A stretch of DNA of 62,498 nt, filler included, from Asterionella formosa (taxonomy: Eukaryota): the NCBI GenBank assembly GCA_002256025.1. It is 9 parts of 9 records of this genome, joined end to end, with 100 filler letters (N's around TTAATTAATTAA, not from the genome) between each part and the next. Parts side by side here need not be neighbours in the genome. Positions count along the whole stretch, not along the records: positions 48,716 to 55,560 come from NKIB01012593.1; positions 55,661 to 62,498 come from NKIB01012594.1; 7 more parts are not named here. One strand, written 5' to 3'. Both the position numbers and the translations under genes were made by a program. The number at the start of each line of letters is the position of its first letter. Within the stretch, counting starts at the first letter, position 1. Shown one piece after another: positions 50,912 to 62,498 of this stretch. The notes under the pieces are model-generated. The model saw nothing but the letters and a program-made list of their open reading frames with translations, did no database searches and was not told the origin of the DNA.

Positions 50912-51909
50912 TACATTGACACAACGACACACAATTCCATTGTATCCTCTTGCTTCACTTACCACAAATCAATGCAACTGATGCATAAGTCTGTAATAGT
51001 AACTTGGGTAAGCCAAATTATTGAATAAGTAAGTTTCGGGTATCCAATGTTGTCGAATAAAACTTACCGGTTCATTTTTTTCAGCTTAACTTTGAGAGAA
51101 GGTCAACTTTTTGTCAGTTTTGTTCCAACAGAAGTGAATAGGTCCAACAAGCGACAAGAGCACTTACGCAATTTGGTTTGGTTTTGTTTTACATTGGTGC
51201 TCCCCAACAAGCGAAACGAGCTGTTGAATCAACTGAGAAAACAGGAAATGTGCGTTTAGTTAACAATTTGTTGTTGTGCTGCCTGCCTCCCAACGATTGT
51301 CATCCAAGTACCACATTGATGGCTTCATTACCTTAATCATTCTCCATCCTTCGAAGGCGCAATGTGTCGAAGCCACAATGTTTTTCGTTATGTATTGCGT
51401 AAACTTTCTTTTCTTGTCATGTGCTTAACTACAACATATCTTTTCAAGAAGCAGCAGGCATTGTTTGTTAACATGACAGAACGATTTCAAAAATATATAT
51501 GCCATGAATATAGTAATAAAATTTGTAAATATTTATATATATATTAAGTGTTATACATTTATAAAATTCAAAGGCGCTCTTGATATGGAACATCTGATAT
51601 GGTTGAGATGATCATACTCGCATATACATAATTCGAAAATACTCAATGCACTATATGTCCATTGTTTTCCATGACTACGTGTACCGGTATTGTTTCTGAA
51701 AATTGTTTGCATTGATATTTTCTACGTCCGTTGAAACTAATTATTTAGACCGTTCAAATGCCGCAAGGGTTTTGGTAGCAAATTGTTTAAGCCCCTTTTT
51801 TGGTTGGGAGCTCTTCATGTGTACCGGTACATCATAAACTATGACAATAACAATATATCATATATATATATACAGAGTACCAGTAGCAGGTAGTAAGTGA
51901 TATACTGGG

Positions 51910-52374
51910 GGTAGTCGGAGTAGTAAACTAGCAACAGAACACCATATGTTCAGGACTGTTGCTACTGCAGTGGGACAGTAAATCATCATAGTTTTAGGAT
52001 CCTATGATCGTAAAACTAAAAACCAAAAGAACACCATATGTTCATGACTGTTGCAATTACAGTGGGACAGTAAATCATCATCATTTTAGGATCGTATGAT
52101 CGTAAAACTAAAAACAAATAGAACACCATATGTTCAGGACTGTTGCTACTGCAGTGGGACAGTAAATCATCATAGTTTTAGGATTGTATGATCGTAAAAC
52201 TAAAAACCAATAGAACACCATATAATCAGGACTGTTGCTACTGCAGTGGGATAGTAAATCATCATACTTTTAGGATTGTATGATCGTGAAACTGAAAAGC
52301 GGTAGTCGGAGTAATAAGCAAGCAATAGAACACCATATGTCTATGACTGCTGCTACTGCAGCGGGACAGTAAAT
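51910..52374. repeat. 92-bp minisatellite, ~4.5 copies
   Basis: AGAACACCATAT unit starts at 51936, 52028, 52120, 52212 and 52327. Confidence 0.93.
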
Positions 52375-54817
52375 GAATTTAAGATCATCGAACTTTAAGG
52401 AAGACAACGACAACAGTTATCAAGTAGTACAATGTCGTCAAGAAACCATTAAGAGGTTCATGGAAACAAGCGACATGTGGCAAATACTGCCGGTATTGAA
52501 CAAAGAAGCAAGTTCCAAAATGAGTTTACAAAGAAAAAGAGAATAGGCAATTATCCAAAGCAACCCAATCGGCGATTGGGAGACGATGGGGACACCATCA
52601 GCTACTAGTACAAAGAATCCCGTAATTGATACTGACAGCAATGATGACGTTTCTACTTCAGTTGTTGATACAAGAAAAATGGCTCCTGTCGATGATGCCA
52701 TTAATAACTCCCGGATGCAGATGGACGACATGGTACCATATCATAAATTTCTAATCGCACGGACCAACAAGTACATAACAACCTGAGGGAAAAACATTTT
52801 GTACTTTCCAAAGGATATTATCAATTGGTAAATGAACTCAATCACTACAAAGGTCGTAATTCGGTTCAAAACTCGTCCATACAAGGTTATCAAGACTCTT
52901 CAATTTCAGCAGCCTTATCAGAACGTCGTTCCCGCTTAGCTAAAATTGAAACAAACCATCAATTGTCAAAAAGGTTTTGAGTTTTGTTTGCTTTCAAGAC
53001 CAAGATGTTTTGCTGTGAACATGTAAGTTTGATGTTATAGTTTGTGAATTACAGGTACTGTAAAACAGAATATCAATCAAATGTGCTTTTTTCTGTTCCC
53101 AAAAGAGAATCAAACATCCCGCCCTATCTGGTCCAAGTAGTATGAAAGGCATTTCCAATCACAAACAGGATTGGTTTGCCGAATGTTGCCTAACTCGGCT
53201 ACACACAGTGAAACCGGAGTTAGGCAAAGAAGTGGAGAGTGACCCAGAGCTTGCCGATTTCATATGGAATGGTTCTGATGCACTAGCTACTTCCAATGAA
53301 TCAGACCATTGAACGTACCAACAAGGCACGTTTAGATTACATCAAATCAACATGAAAAGTTGAGAGAATGTCAGAATGTATTGAATAATCAATTTAAAGG
53401 AATCTTAGGTAAGTTCTTGCAGGGAGATGCTCCGAAAGCATGATGTTTTGAGTCGGGGATTATATTCTTATCAAATATGTTTCAATTTAAAAATGCTAAC
53501 ATAATTCATGACACACCAGCTGGTCTAACAGAATATAGCTAACTTCCAGACTATGTATATTGATGACTTTATTAGGTGGGCGTTAACGCTTTATCGTTTT
53601 GCGCAGTCAAAGGACATTGACAGGGGAAGCCATGTATACCAAGTCTGGCGTGATGTTCTTGCTCTGGTGTATTTTGTTATAGGCAGGATTTTGAACAGGA
53701 GACAAATCTGGTGTGACCAAGCCAAATTTCAACTCAGTCTTCGGGCACAATGTGAATTGCAATCACGTTTTGTTGGTTCGCTGATCAATGCCAGTACAGA
53801 AACATTTTGCTTCTTGGTGCGTGCTGAAAGAAAAATTCCGATTACAACAAAAATATTTGGGTTTCAATCCAGATACCCATGAAATTTCAGAGAATTAGCG
53901 ATATTCGTCATTCTACCGATTTTTTCGACATTGGTGGGAAACCACTTATTTAAAAAAGTGTGAGCATGGGAAGAAAGTTCAGTTTCAAATGGTCTTACTG
54001 ATCAATGGACTGATGATTTACTCATTTATTATAGCTAAGGAAATCTACACTGGACTTTCACAAAAGAATCGATCTGAATATGGAAGGAATCCTAGTGGAA
54101 TTGCTACTCCCACCACAAATATCATCTACCCACACTCATACTTCTCATTTCCCAACGTAAGTAAAGAGGATATGCATCAATTTGTTGAATCACTTCAATC
54201 AAATGTTCCTGAAAAGAATATTGATTATAATGACCGCATTAATCAACAGGACATTGATGACGATGTTGATTTTGAATGGATCTCATGGAATCCAATGCAT
54301 ACTCAGTAGTTACATAATAATTATAGTTAGTGTGAGACTTCTACAAATGCAAGCCATATCATAGATGATAGGAAAACATTGATTCTGCTCTATACTACTA
54401 TTACTATTAGTGCCGCCTGTACTAGCTATATGTAGTGGTATACCTCCATTTTTACTACTATGGTGGAGTGATAATTTCACGACTCTGTATTTTACAGCAC
54501 AGCATGTTCGAAGTGGCGCTCAATTTATTATTATATATTAATTCATTTTCATTCTATCCTTTTCATATACTGACTTGTTCATCTTTTGCAATTTGCAATG
54601 TCTTTGCGCACATTGCAATGGTGTTATCTGTGTCACTAATTGTAGCAACCGTGTTTTTTATGCATGTGGTCACTGTCGACATTGCATACAGGAACATCGA
54701 GTTCCTGGAATACATAGTGAAACTATGTATTGCGGTAGTGCATCTAATCAATAAAGGAAAGAAGTAAATGACGGCAGTGTAACTGCTGCAGCATTTAGGG
54801 AGATTAGACAAAGAAGA

Positions 54818-55310
54818 GTGTTGTGTCCTATCCTTGTTGAATCAAGTGACCACAATCATCCATTTCATGACGACAGCGACGATTCAGTTTATAACAATAT
54901 TCAGTCACAACAGGACGAACAATTGAGACTAAAAACTCTCCAAGGGTTCAATTCAGAAAACATGCAATATTCAGATTTTCAAGATCGCACCGGCTTTCTC
55001 CCTGAAAATGCAATGGAAATGCCCCTTCCTCCTCAATTTCAACTTCCAAGTAAACATTCTCTGAACATGCCTCCAATTGAATTAGAACTCATGTTATTCC
55101 TCAACGAGAATTACCTACCTTCCACCAGTTTACTTTGATCATCTAATGAAATGGCTGTTCAAGGCAAAAGCAATGAAATATTTTGATGGAAGGTAGCTAT
55201 CATCAAGCTCCATCCTACCAGACTTTGAAAAAACGCATGGATATTTCATTTCCACCAACATTAGCTGGTGGTCAACTGTTGACCAAACAAATAAAGATTG
55301 ATAACAATTC
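54818..55310 (+). pseudogene. Possible decayed DNA-transposon (Plavaka/CACTA-like) ORF remnant
   Basis: ELELMLFLNENYLP followed, after a frameshift, by LFDHLMKW loosely resembles such N-termini; weak. Confidence 0.3.
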
Positions 55311-55560
55311 AAATATGATCATCCCACACACACTCCATTATTTGTTCATCAAATGAATGAGAATCACTGAGTTCTTCTTCATTATCAGCGATTTCGGGAG
55401 AATGAGGAGCAAAATACGACACTGGATGGTGGAACTGTGACTCTGTACAAATAGAGTCTTCATCCACGAAGACCAACTGTTTGGGTTTCCTCTTGCTTTC
55501 GAAAGCAATCATTCCTTCTTTTCAATCTCAGCCACTATTGTATCGGTTGGCATACTTCAT

Positions 55561-55660
55561 NNNNNNNNNNNNNNNNNNNNNNNNNNNNNNNNNNNNNNNN
55601 NNNNTTAATTAATTAANNNNNNNNNNNNNNNNNNNNNNNNNNNNNNNNNNNNNNNNNNNN
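55561..55660. other. Artificial scaffold spacer
   Basis: 44 N + TTAATTAATTAA + 44 N. Confidence 0.98.
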
Positions 55661-55974
55661 TAGGTCCCTACACAGATTTACACGTGGGCAACGCTAACAA
55701 TGTATACCACCGGTACTAGTAAACCGGTACAAACGGCTGCATGTGGCTCGTTTAGTATTGTTCTGAATGTGCAAGATCGCTAGTAAGTAAGAAGCATGAA
55801 AGAATTATAAATGACAGCAGTACTCCGAGTAGGTGGTTCCTGTACTGTTCACACGTAAACATAACATGTGCATTATTACTTACTAGTTGCAAAACTGGTT
55901 GCGTTTCGTTACTTCGTGACATAACAGCGACGGATTCCAGAGTGCAGTTTTCAAAAACACCAGACCGAAGCAAA

Positions 55975-58900
55975 ATGGCACCATCCTTTAGGTCCATTAC
56001 TTCGGCGGTTGCTTCTACTCCTCCCCGTGAAGCAGCGCCGTCTGACGAATCCCCAGCCCCTGCACTGTTGCGAGAGTGGAAGGAACCACAACAACATGAA
56101 TTGCAGTCTCCACTTCCTGTCGCGCCGGCAGTCGTGTTGCCAGTTCCTTGCAACCATGACGATGACGATGGCAAACCTGCCGCCGTTTACCCCATTGCCA
56201 CCTTTGTGACCAATTTGGTAAGGAACAGCATTGATCACATTTATGCCGGTATTGCGGTTTCAATTGATGAAACGCCCATCACCTCGGTTCGATCTGAAGC
56301 GGCCATGGAAACCATTCGGCAGGAGCTGCGACGAGATACGCGATCTGAATCGGACTTGTTTTTGCCCAACGACGACGAATATGTTCTCATCGATGGAGAT
56401 TTAGTGGCTATTCCAGCGCCGCCGCCTAATTCCACTGAGCAGGAAGATGTGGAATTTCAGCAACAACAGCATTCGACAAAAAACAGAATGCGACGATCGA
56501 TGAGAGGGTTGAGAAAGTGGATGAAGAAGAGGCAGGGAAAGAAGAACGATTTGCGGAACCAACCCGCAGAACCACCTGTAAAAAATCAATCTTCTCGTAA
56601 AATAGAGAAAAGGAAGCTCTCTATTCGGCGATCCAAGGTCAATGTCCACGAGAACACACAGATTCCTCCTCGTGCAAGATCGCCGCCACCAGGTCCGACA
56701 ACAACTTCGTCGGTCACCAGTGTAAACATCATTGGAGCCGTGGCGGCATCGTTCATGGGTAACAGTCCTCTACAGAACGTGGCCTCGGCTTTGGCATACA
56801 TTGAATCAGATGAAAAGAGTAATGGAAAAGTTGACAAGGTGGAAGAGATGCATCTTGAGTCTATGCTACAGCTGGCGAGGTTGGAAGTGGAACAAGACAA
56901 TGGCCTGGAGGACTGTATTGGATCATTGCCACCCGCCAAAACTCCAATCGCCAAGCACTCGAATCTTCCCTGTCCACTATCAAAAGCTACAACTGATGAC
57001 TTCTTCGTAATCAATGATACATTAAAGGTTATCATGATGGGGGACTTGTGTAACGAAAAGTCGCAATTGGCCCGCGCAATCGGAGGCAAGAAGCCGAAGC
57101 GACCAAGGTGCTCACTTGGTGTCGACGTACACACATGGAAGCCAAAAGATAATTTGACCTTTACTATTTGGGATGTCAGCAGTGTGCATGCTGGTGCCCA
57201 TCCATCGACTCAGGGCCTCTTTTTCAGTGCCAAATCGCTTTATATTCTTGTTTGGGATCTAGGGGTCTCAAATCGAATGACTTTTACCAAGCGAAAGGAC
57301 ACGGAAGACGATGATGATGACGACGACGACGAGAATGACAACGAGTTTCTCTGTGAGGAAAACCAGCGACAAGCGGACCGAGCACTGCACCATGACATTC
57401 AAGACCACGTGCTCTCATGGTTGGACCGTATCATTCCCTCTGGAAGCGCCATCTTGCCAGTCGCATCTGTGGCGTCAGGGATGGAAAACTCGGAAGTGCA
57501 GCGGCGGTGTGGCATGTTGCAAAACCTATTGGTGAATCACCCGGCGATTATTGGGGACCAGGCGCCAAATTTAATTTTTGGGAAGTTTAATCCCATCCTT
57601 CTGGTTAACTTGTTAACCGGAGAAGGATTTCCAGAATTGCAAGAAACAGTCTTGGCTATTGGGCGAGAGGGAGTATTTTCGCATGTTGGGAAGGAAGTCT
57701 CTAAGAGTACCATGCAAACACTTGAGGTGATCCGACGACTAAAACAAGATCGTAAAGTCATTCTGTTAGATCATTTATTGTCAGAAATGAATGAACCTAT
57801 GATAACGATGGAGGAAGTCACGGATGCCCTTCAATTTCTTTCCAATATTGGAGAGATTCTATATTTCGGCAATTCCGCAGATGACATTTTATCTCGTTAC
57901 GTTATTTTGTCTCGGAAATGGCTAGTTTCGGCGCTCTCTTGTATCTTGCGCCCTGACTTGCAACGAGAACTGGCAGAAACTCGACGTTTCATGAACCTAC
58001 AGTGTGTCTATAGTGGCGAAGCTTTTGTCGAATCTGATACAGTTCAGACTCTCCTAAAAGGAACCAACTCGAGTTGCCCTGTCTTGTCTGCAAAGGATTC
58101 TGCAATGTTGTGGCAATCCATGGTATTCATGAAAGAAGCAGCGGATCAAACTGCACAGCTTTCAGAAGCATCGAATACAATGTATGACTTTTTGGAACGG
58201 CTGCTAGTGCATTTTGGTATCCTTTTGCCGTTGAAGGTGGCAGCTGAACCGACATACTTTGTTCCTTCCTTATTGGATCAACGAGAACCGAGCGATGTAT
58301 GGAGGTACAAGACAAGCGATGCTTGGATGACCACGCTGTGTCATTCATGGTTATTGCAAGACGGAATCCCAACAGCCGTTATGGAGCATGTAACGACAAA
58401 CCTACTCCAAGATCTTTACGAATTCTCGACTACCTTTCATGGTCAACTAGCACGACCCTTGTTTCATGCAAAAACATTACCGATTGGATCAAACGTTGCA
58501 ATGAAAGAGTTTTTGAAAGACCATAATCAAGAACCAATTGGTCGCATCAAGATCAATCAAGTCATGTGCTGGGAATCATCTGTACTCATCAAAATCGGAT
58601 CCGTAATTGCCGACGAGGAGCATAATGAGTTTCGAGAATCCCCTTGTGAAGTTTATGTGGCCGTGGTGGATGACCAGTCAAAACATTGTGTTGACATCAA
58701 AGGTATGAGAAATGGCATGAAGCGACTGATTGTATGTGGGAAAGGACAAGTTGGTCGTCACGGACATAAACTCTGGAAAGGTGGATATGGGCTGGTGTTG
58801 GATTCTATCAAGGCATCATTGGCGGACTCCAATGGTTTTGACCGGCAGGTAGTCTGTCCCGAATGTCTCGCCCACTTGCATCCAAGCTGTGCCTCGGCTT

Positions 58901-59883
58901 GGAGCTGGGAGTATGTCAAATCATCTGCTTATTCGGGTGATTCAGCCATACGATGTGCCAAGGGGCATTCCGTGGATACCAACTTATTATGTGGTCATGG
59001 AATATGCCCTTCTATGGTCAAACCTCCCCCACCGTCCCTCTCACCTCGTGTTAGCAAGAAAGTCAAGTGCTTACTTAATAGTGTTGTTCTTGTCGGTCTT
59101 TGGGACTCCCAAGAAAAGAGGATCAAGAATGTTGGCTCCGGATTTGTTGCGGACCAATCGCTTGGTCTTGTTGTCACGGCTAGACATATTTTGTTTGATT
59201 TGGATGGTCCCAAAAGTGGGATTCCTTACTTTGGATTAAAACATGGAAAAGCAATAATTGGTGTCATTCCAGATGGTAGTGAAACTGCTGTGTTTCGATA
59301 CTTTGCCGAAATTGTGAGTGAAAATGTTCAGAATGTCGATGCATGTGTATTACGAATCACAGCTCGCATGGAGCAGGATATGATTGGCGATGGTGAAGGA
59401 TGTGCATCTCAGTCCGAGCTTCCAGTCTCTTGCCTCGCTGAATTGCCCGAGCTCTTTATGACAAGCAAATTTGAGTTGGAGGAATCGGTGCGCATTGTGG
59501 GGTTCAATCAAGGTGGTGAAGATGTGTTGGAGAAAGGCAAGCATGTAAATCTCTCGGTTGACTTTGCCAAAGGTTATATTTGCAAAATCTTTAAAGTCCC
59601 TGTGCGAGCTGATGATGAGAATAGCGACTCCTCCTCCTCCTCGTCATCAATTTCAACAAAGACCTTTTCTCCTCTGGAAGAGATTGTTGTAGATTGCAAA
59701 ACCATTAGTGGACACAGTGGTGGACCATGCGTCAATGGAGAAGGTAAGGTTATTGGAATTCTTAGCAGAGCCGATCGAAACGACAGGCAACGATGTTATT
59801 TGGTCCCTGGGAGTCAATTAAAGAAATTGGTTCGCAATGTCAAGAAAATCTATGATTCCGGTGGCCGAAGCAAGAATGTTTGA
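55975..59883 (+). CDS. Roco-like protein: disordered N-terminus, degenerate Roc, COR, Cys/His cluster, trypsin-like serine protease
   Basis: Roc: KVIMMG..KS, SLGVDVHTW, TIWD, HPSTQGLFFSAKSLYILVWDL. COR: LQFLSNIGEILYF, VILSRKWLV, YFVPSLL, CPEC..CAKGH. Protease: GSGF, VVTARH, DACVL, GHSGGP. Single intronless ORF. Confidence 0.88.
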   Translation: MAPSFRSITSAVASTPPREAAPSDESPAPALLREWKEPQQHELQSPLPVAPAVVLPVPCNHDDDDGKPAAVYPIATFVTNLVRNSIDHIYAGIAVSIDETPITSVRSEAAMETIRQELRRDTRSESDLFLPNDDEYVLIDGDLVAIPAPPPNSTEQEDVEFQQQQHSTKNRMRRSMRGLRKWMKKRQGKKNDLRNQPAEPPVKNQSSRKIEKRKLSIRRSKVNVHENTQIPPRARSPPPGPTTTSSVTSVNIIGAVAASFMGNSPLQNVASALAYIESDEKSNGKVDKVEEMHLESMLQLARLEVEQDNGLEDCIGSLPPAKTPIAKHSNLPCPLSKATTDDFFVINDTLKVIMMGDLCNEKSQLARAIGGKKPKRPRCSLGVDVHTWKPKDNLTFTIWDVSSVHAGAHPSTQGLFFSAKSLYILVWDLGVSNRMTFTKRKDTEDDDDDDDDENDNEFLCEENQRQADRALHHDIQDHVLSWLDRIIPSGSAILPVASVASGMENSEVQRRCGMLQNLLVNHPAIIGDQAPNLIFGKFNPILLVNLLTGEGFPELQETVLAIGREGVFSHVGKEVSKSTMQTLEVIRRLKQDRKVILLDHLLSEMNEPMITMEEVTDALQFLSNIGEILYFGNSADDILSRYVILSRKWLVSALSCILRPDLQRELAETRRFMNLQCVYSGEAFVESDTVQTLLKGTNSSCPVLSAKDSAMLWQSMVFMKEAADQTAQLSEASNTMYDFLERLLVHFGILLPLKVAAEPTYFVPSLLDQREPSDVWRYKTSDAWMTTLCHSWLLQDGIPTAVMEHVTTNLLQDLYEFSTTFHGQLARPLFHAKTLPIGSNVAMKEFLKDHNQEPIGRIKINQVMCWESSVLIKIGSVIADEEHNEFRESPCEVYVAVVDDQSKHCVDIKGMRNGMKRLIVCGKGQVGRHGHKLWKGGYGLVLDSIKASLADSNGFDRQVVCPECLAHLHPSCASAWSWEYVKSSAYSGDSAIRCAKGHSVDTNLLCGHGICPSMVKPPPPSLSPRVSKKVKCLLNSVVLVGLWDSQEKRIKNVGSGFVADQSLGLVVTARHILFDLDGPKSGIPYFGLKHGKAIIGVIPDGSETAVFRYFAEIVSENVQNVDACVLRITARMEQDMIGDGEGCASQSELPVSCLAELPELFMTSKFELEESVRIVGFNQGGEDVLEKGKHVNLSVDFAKGYICKIFKVPVRADDENSDSSSSSSSISTKTFSPLEEIVVDCKTISGHSGGPCVNGEGKVIGILSRADRNDRQRCYLVPGSQLKKLVRNVKKIYDSGGRSKNV

Positions 59884-61289
59884 TTTTAGAATGAAGGAAG
59901 ATGAATATTGAGGGTTGTCAAGAAGTTGTTTATGCGACATACATAATGTTAAATGAAACAAGTTTCTAGAAATCAATTTTCTATCTTCCCATAGAGGAAA
60001 AGGATCTGTGGGATCCTTGTTTACATTGTGTGTAGGCCGGATAGTTCGTAGGAGGCTTGACATTCTTCCTAAAATGGCTTAGTATCGTGCTGTATACTCA
60101 TCATATCTTTTCGTATATTCATAGGAAGAAGTCCTCCCTATGAGTTGATGGTGAGTCTACTGGTACTCAATTCAACTCCCACTGCCCCTCGTTTTTGTTG
60201 GGAGCCAGATATTTTATGGCAAAATGGTTCCGTTCGCCCGTAGCACTTTATCTTCACTCTGAATATCTAGGTCCGATAGCAGTGATTTTCGATCATCCAG
60301 TGTGAACAGCCAAATATGCATTGCATGAGACAATTGATCCATTGTAAACCCCAATGTACTCAAAGTTGCTTGCAAACATTCCAGACATGATTTGCCAACA
60401 CAAAACGTCAGGTTGTTCACCCGGTTATTGGTGGGGAAAGATTTGTGTATAAAACGCTTTTAGGGTCATAAAAAAGGAGAATAGGACTTGATAGTCTACC
60501 TAGTNNNNNNNNNNNNNNNNNNNNNNNNNNNNNNNNNNNNNNNNNNNNNNNNNNNNNNNNNNNNNNNNNNNNNNNNNNNNNNNNNNNNNNNNNNNNNNNN
60601 NNNNNNNNNNNNNNNNNNNNNNNNNNNNNNNNNNNNNNNNNNNNNNNNNNNNNNNNNNNNNNNNNNNNNNNNNNNNNNNNNNNNNNNNNNNNNNNNNNNN
60701 NNNNNNNNNNNNNNNNNNNNNNNNNNNNNNNNNNNNNNNNNNNNNNNNNNNNNNNNNNNNNNNNNNNNNNNNNNNNNNNNNNNNNNNNNNNNNNNNNNNN
60801 NNNNNNNNNNNNNNNNNNNNNNNNNNNNNNNNNNNNNNNNNNNNNNNNNNNNNNNNNNNNNNNNNNNNNNNNNNNNNNNNNNNNNNNNNNNNNNNNNNNN
60901 NNNNNNNNNNNNNNNNNNNNNNNNNNNNNNNNNNNNNNNNNNNNNNNNNNNNNNNNNNNNNNNNNNNNNNNNNNNNNNNNNNNNNNNNNNNNNNNNNNNN
61001 NNNNNNNNNNNNNNNNNNNNNNNNNNNNNNNNNNNNNNNNNNNNNNNNNNNNNNNNNNNNNNNNNNNNNNNNNNNNNNNNNNNNNNNNNNNNNNNNNNNN
61101 NNNNNNNNNNNNNNNNNNNNNNNNNNNNNNNNNNNNNNNNNNNNNNNNNNNNNNNNNNNNNNNNNNNNNNNNNNNNNNNNNNNNNNNNNNNNNNNNNNNN
61201 NNNNNNNNNNNNNNNNNNNNNNNNNNNNNNNNNNNNNNNNNNNNNNNNNNNNNNNNNNNNNNNNNNNNNNNNNNNNNNNNNNNNNNNNA

Positions 61290-62435
61290 TCCTTGGTAGG
61301 CTGACCCAAATAACCGTTTATAGTCATCTCTGTTCCTTGGAGATCTCGTTGTTGGCGCAGAATGGTGTGATAAATCGTTGATGGCATGGCCTTCCTCATT
61401 TGCACCATTTCGAAATTCTTTATCCAAACAATGAATCTTTGACGATTTACTAATGTTATAAATGTGATTCAAGGGAACGCCTGCCATTTCATATGCCATG
61501 CTGTCAGTGGGTGAATTGCCAAAGGCACAAAATAGTAATCCAGTGGCAGAACGACCGGCACCACCAAAGACCAATACCACTTGCCGAATCAATGAGTCGG
61601 CCTTGTATTGATAAATGTCTTGTGTGACTAATTCTGAAAGTAGGACAGTATAGACGCTCCCCGTGTGGCCCATCATGGGACCAGGGGGAAGTTTGAATGT
61701 ATGTTGTTGTAGCCCTGCCAATAATCGACGAGTGGCTTGTGCCATGTCAATGTTCCTAGCCGTCAGATAGAGGACACGAGTATTTTCCGTGGCGACTTGC
61801 TGAAAGAACTGACAAATTCCCAAATGCACGTATTCAAAATTTTCATTAATGACGGTATGCCAAACCCCTCGAGCACTCGATTTTGTAATCGTGCCGTCAA
61901 TGTCAACGATCACAATTCTGTAATGAGATTTCCAAAGAAATAAGTAAGCACTTGCCGTTCCCATGATAGCGCCTTCAGCTGTGAGCAATTCATATTTCAA
62001 CTCGTTCCGTTCGTTGTGCAATAGTTCCATCAACGTTGCCAATTGTTCCATGGAAGGCTTTTCTGACATGCCTTTTCGAAATTTGCATGTCCCACCAACC
62101 TTCGTTACAATCAGCTCCACTCCCTCCCATGGCACATCATTCACCATGATACGACATGATTTCCCAACGTGGTGGGACGGAAATTTGACACGGAAATCAC
62201 CCGTGGCCACGGCTCCGCCGTTGTCTTGTTGAACCACAATGACATCCAATGCAACGCCCAATTGTACGGAACCAGCTCCTATCGAACAGCAAAGAAGGCT
62301 CGCTGCGAAGGCATCGTTTTCATTGTTATTAGTATCATTAATACTGAAGGAGCTGTTGTTGTTGTTAATGGATACTTCTAGTATTCCATTCATGTTTGGT
62401 ATGGTCGACTCGATCAGCAAATTTGTGTCAGTCAA
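61290..62435 (-). CDS. Lipin/PAH-family phosphatidate phosphatase (NLIP-like + LNS2 HAD); start uncertain, 3' end in N gap
   Basis: ALDVIVVQQDNG...DFRVKF (NLIP-like), IVIVDIDGTITKS (DxDxT), LYLTAR, LPPGP, AFGNSPTDSMAY. Confidence 0.88.
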
Positions 62436-62498
62436 ATCACTGATGTCATGTGCTGCATAATATTCTCATTCATCGTCAGTCTCATCAAGCAAGAAGCA

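Noticed and set aside
51936..52374. Regularly spaced repeat resembling a CRISPR array
   Set aside because: The whole 92-bp unit repeats, with no unique spacers or cas genes, in a eukaryotic context.
60488..61408. ORFs spanning N gaps (also 9077-9653 and 10568-11266)
   Set aside because: Their length comes from unknown bases translated as X.

Overview
Eukaryotic nuclear DNA, almost certainly from a diatom (ASAFAP-targeted fucoxanthin-chlorophyll protein, CoDi-type copia elements, short GT-AG introns). The window is not one locus. It is nine ~6.85-kb scaffolds (1-6874, 6975-13837, 13938-20798, 20899-27758, 27859-34721, 34822-41669, 41770-48615, 48716-55560, 55661-62498) joined by artificial N44-TTAATTAATTAA-N44 spacers, so neighbourhood across spacers is meaningless. 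Mobile DNA: two partial copies of one Ty3/gypsy family, a full-length decayed Ty1/copia (269-bp LTRs, CCTGA TSD), the 5' end of a second copia, LINE remnants and a TA-flanked MITE. Host genes: GRIP golgin, Thr/Pro repeat protein, tandem-domain CaMK-like kinase, CaMK pseudokinase, 5'-nucleotidase-like protein, Lhc/FCP, HSF, PhyH dioxygenase, Na+/H+ exchanger, compact lipin and a Roc-COR-trypsin fusion. Most interesting: (1) the copia has no tRNA PBS but a perfect 15-16-nt complement of its own LTR interior, suggesting Tf1-like self-priming; (2) a Roco pseudo-GTPase fused to an intact serine protease; (3) widespread TA-CC(W)GG-TA motifs that look like accumulated Tc1/mariner excision footprints, with a matching MITE and one before/after pair in the window; (4) 12-bp palindromes instead of tRNA PBSs in the other two LTR elements. 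All calls are by eye; no database searches were run.
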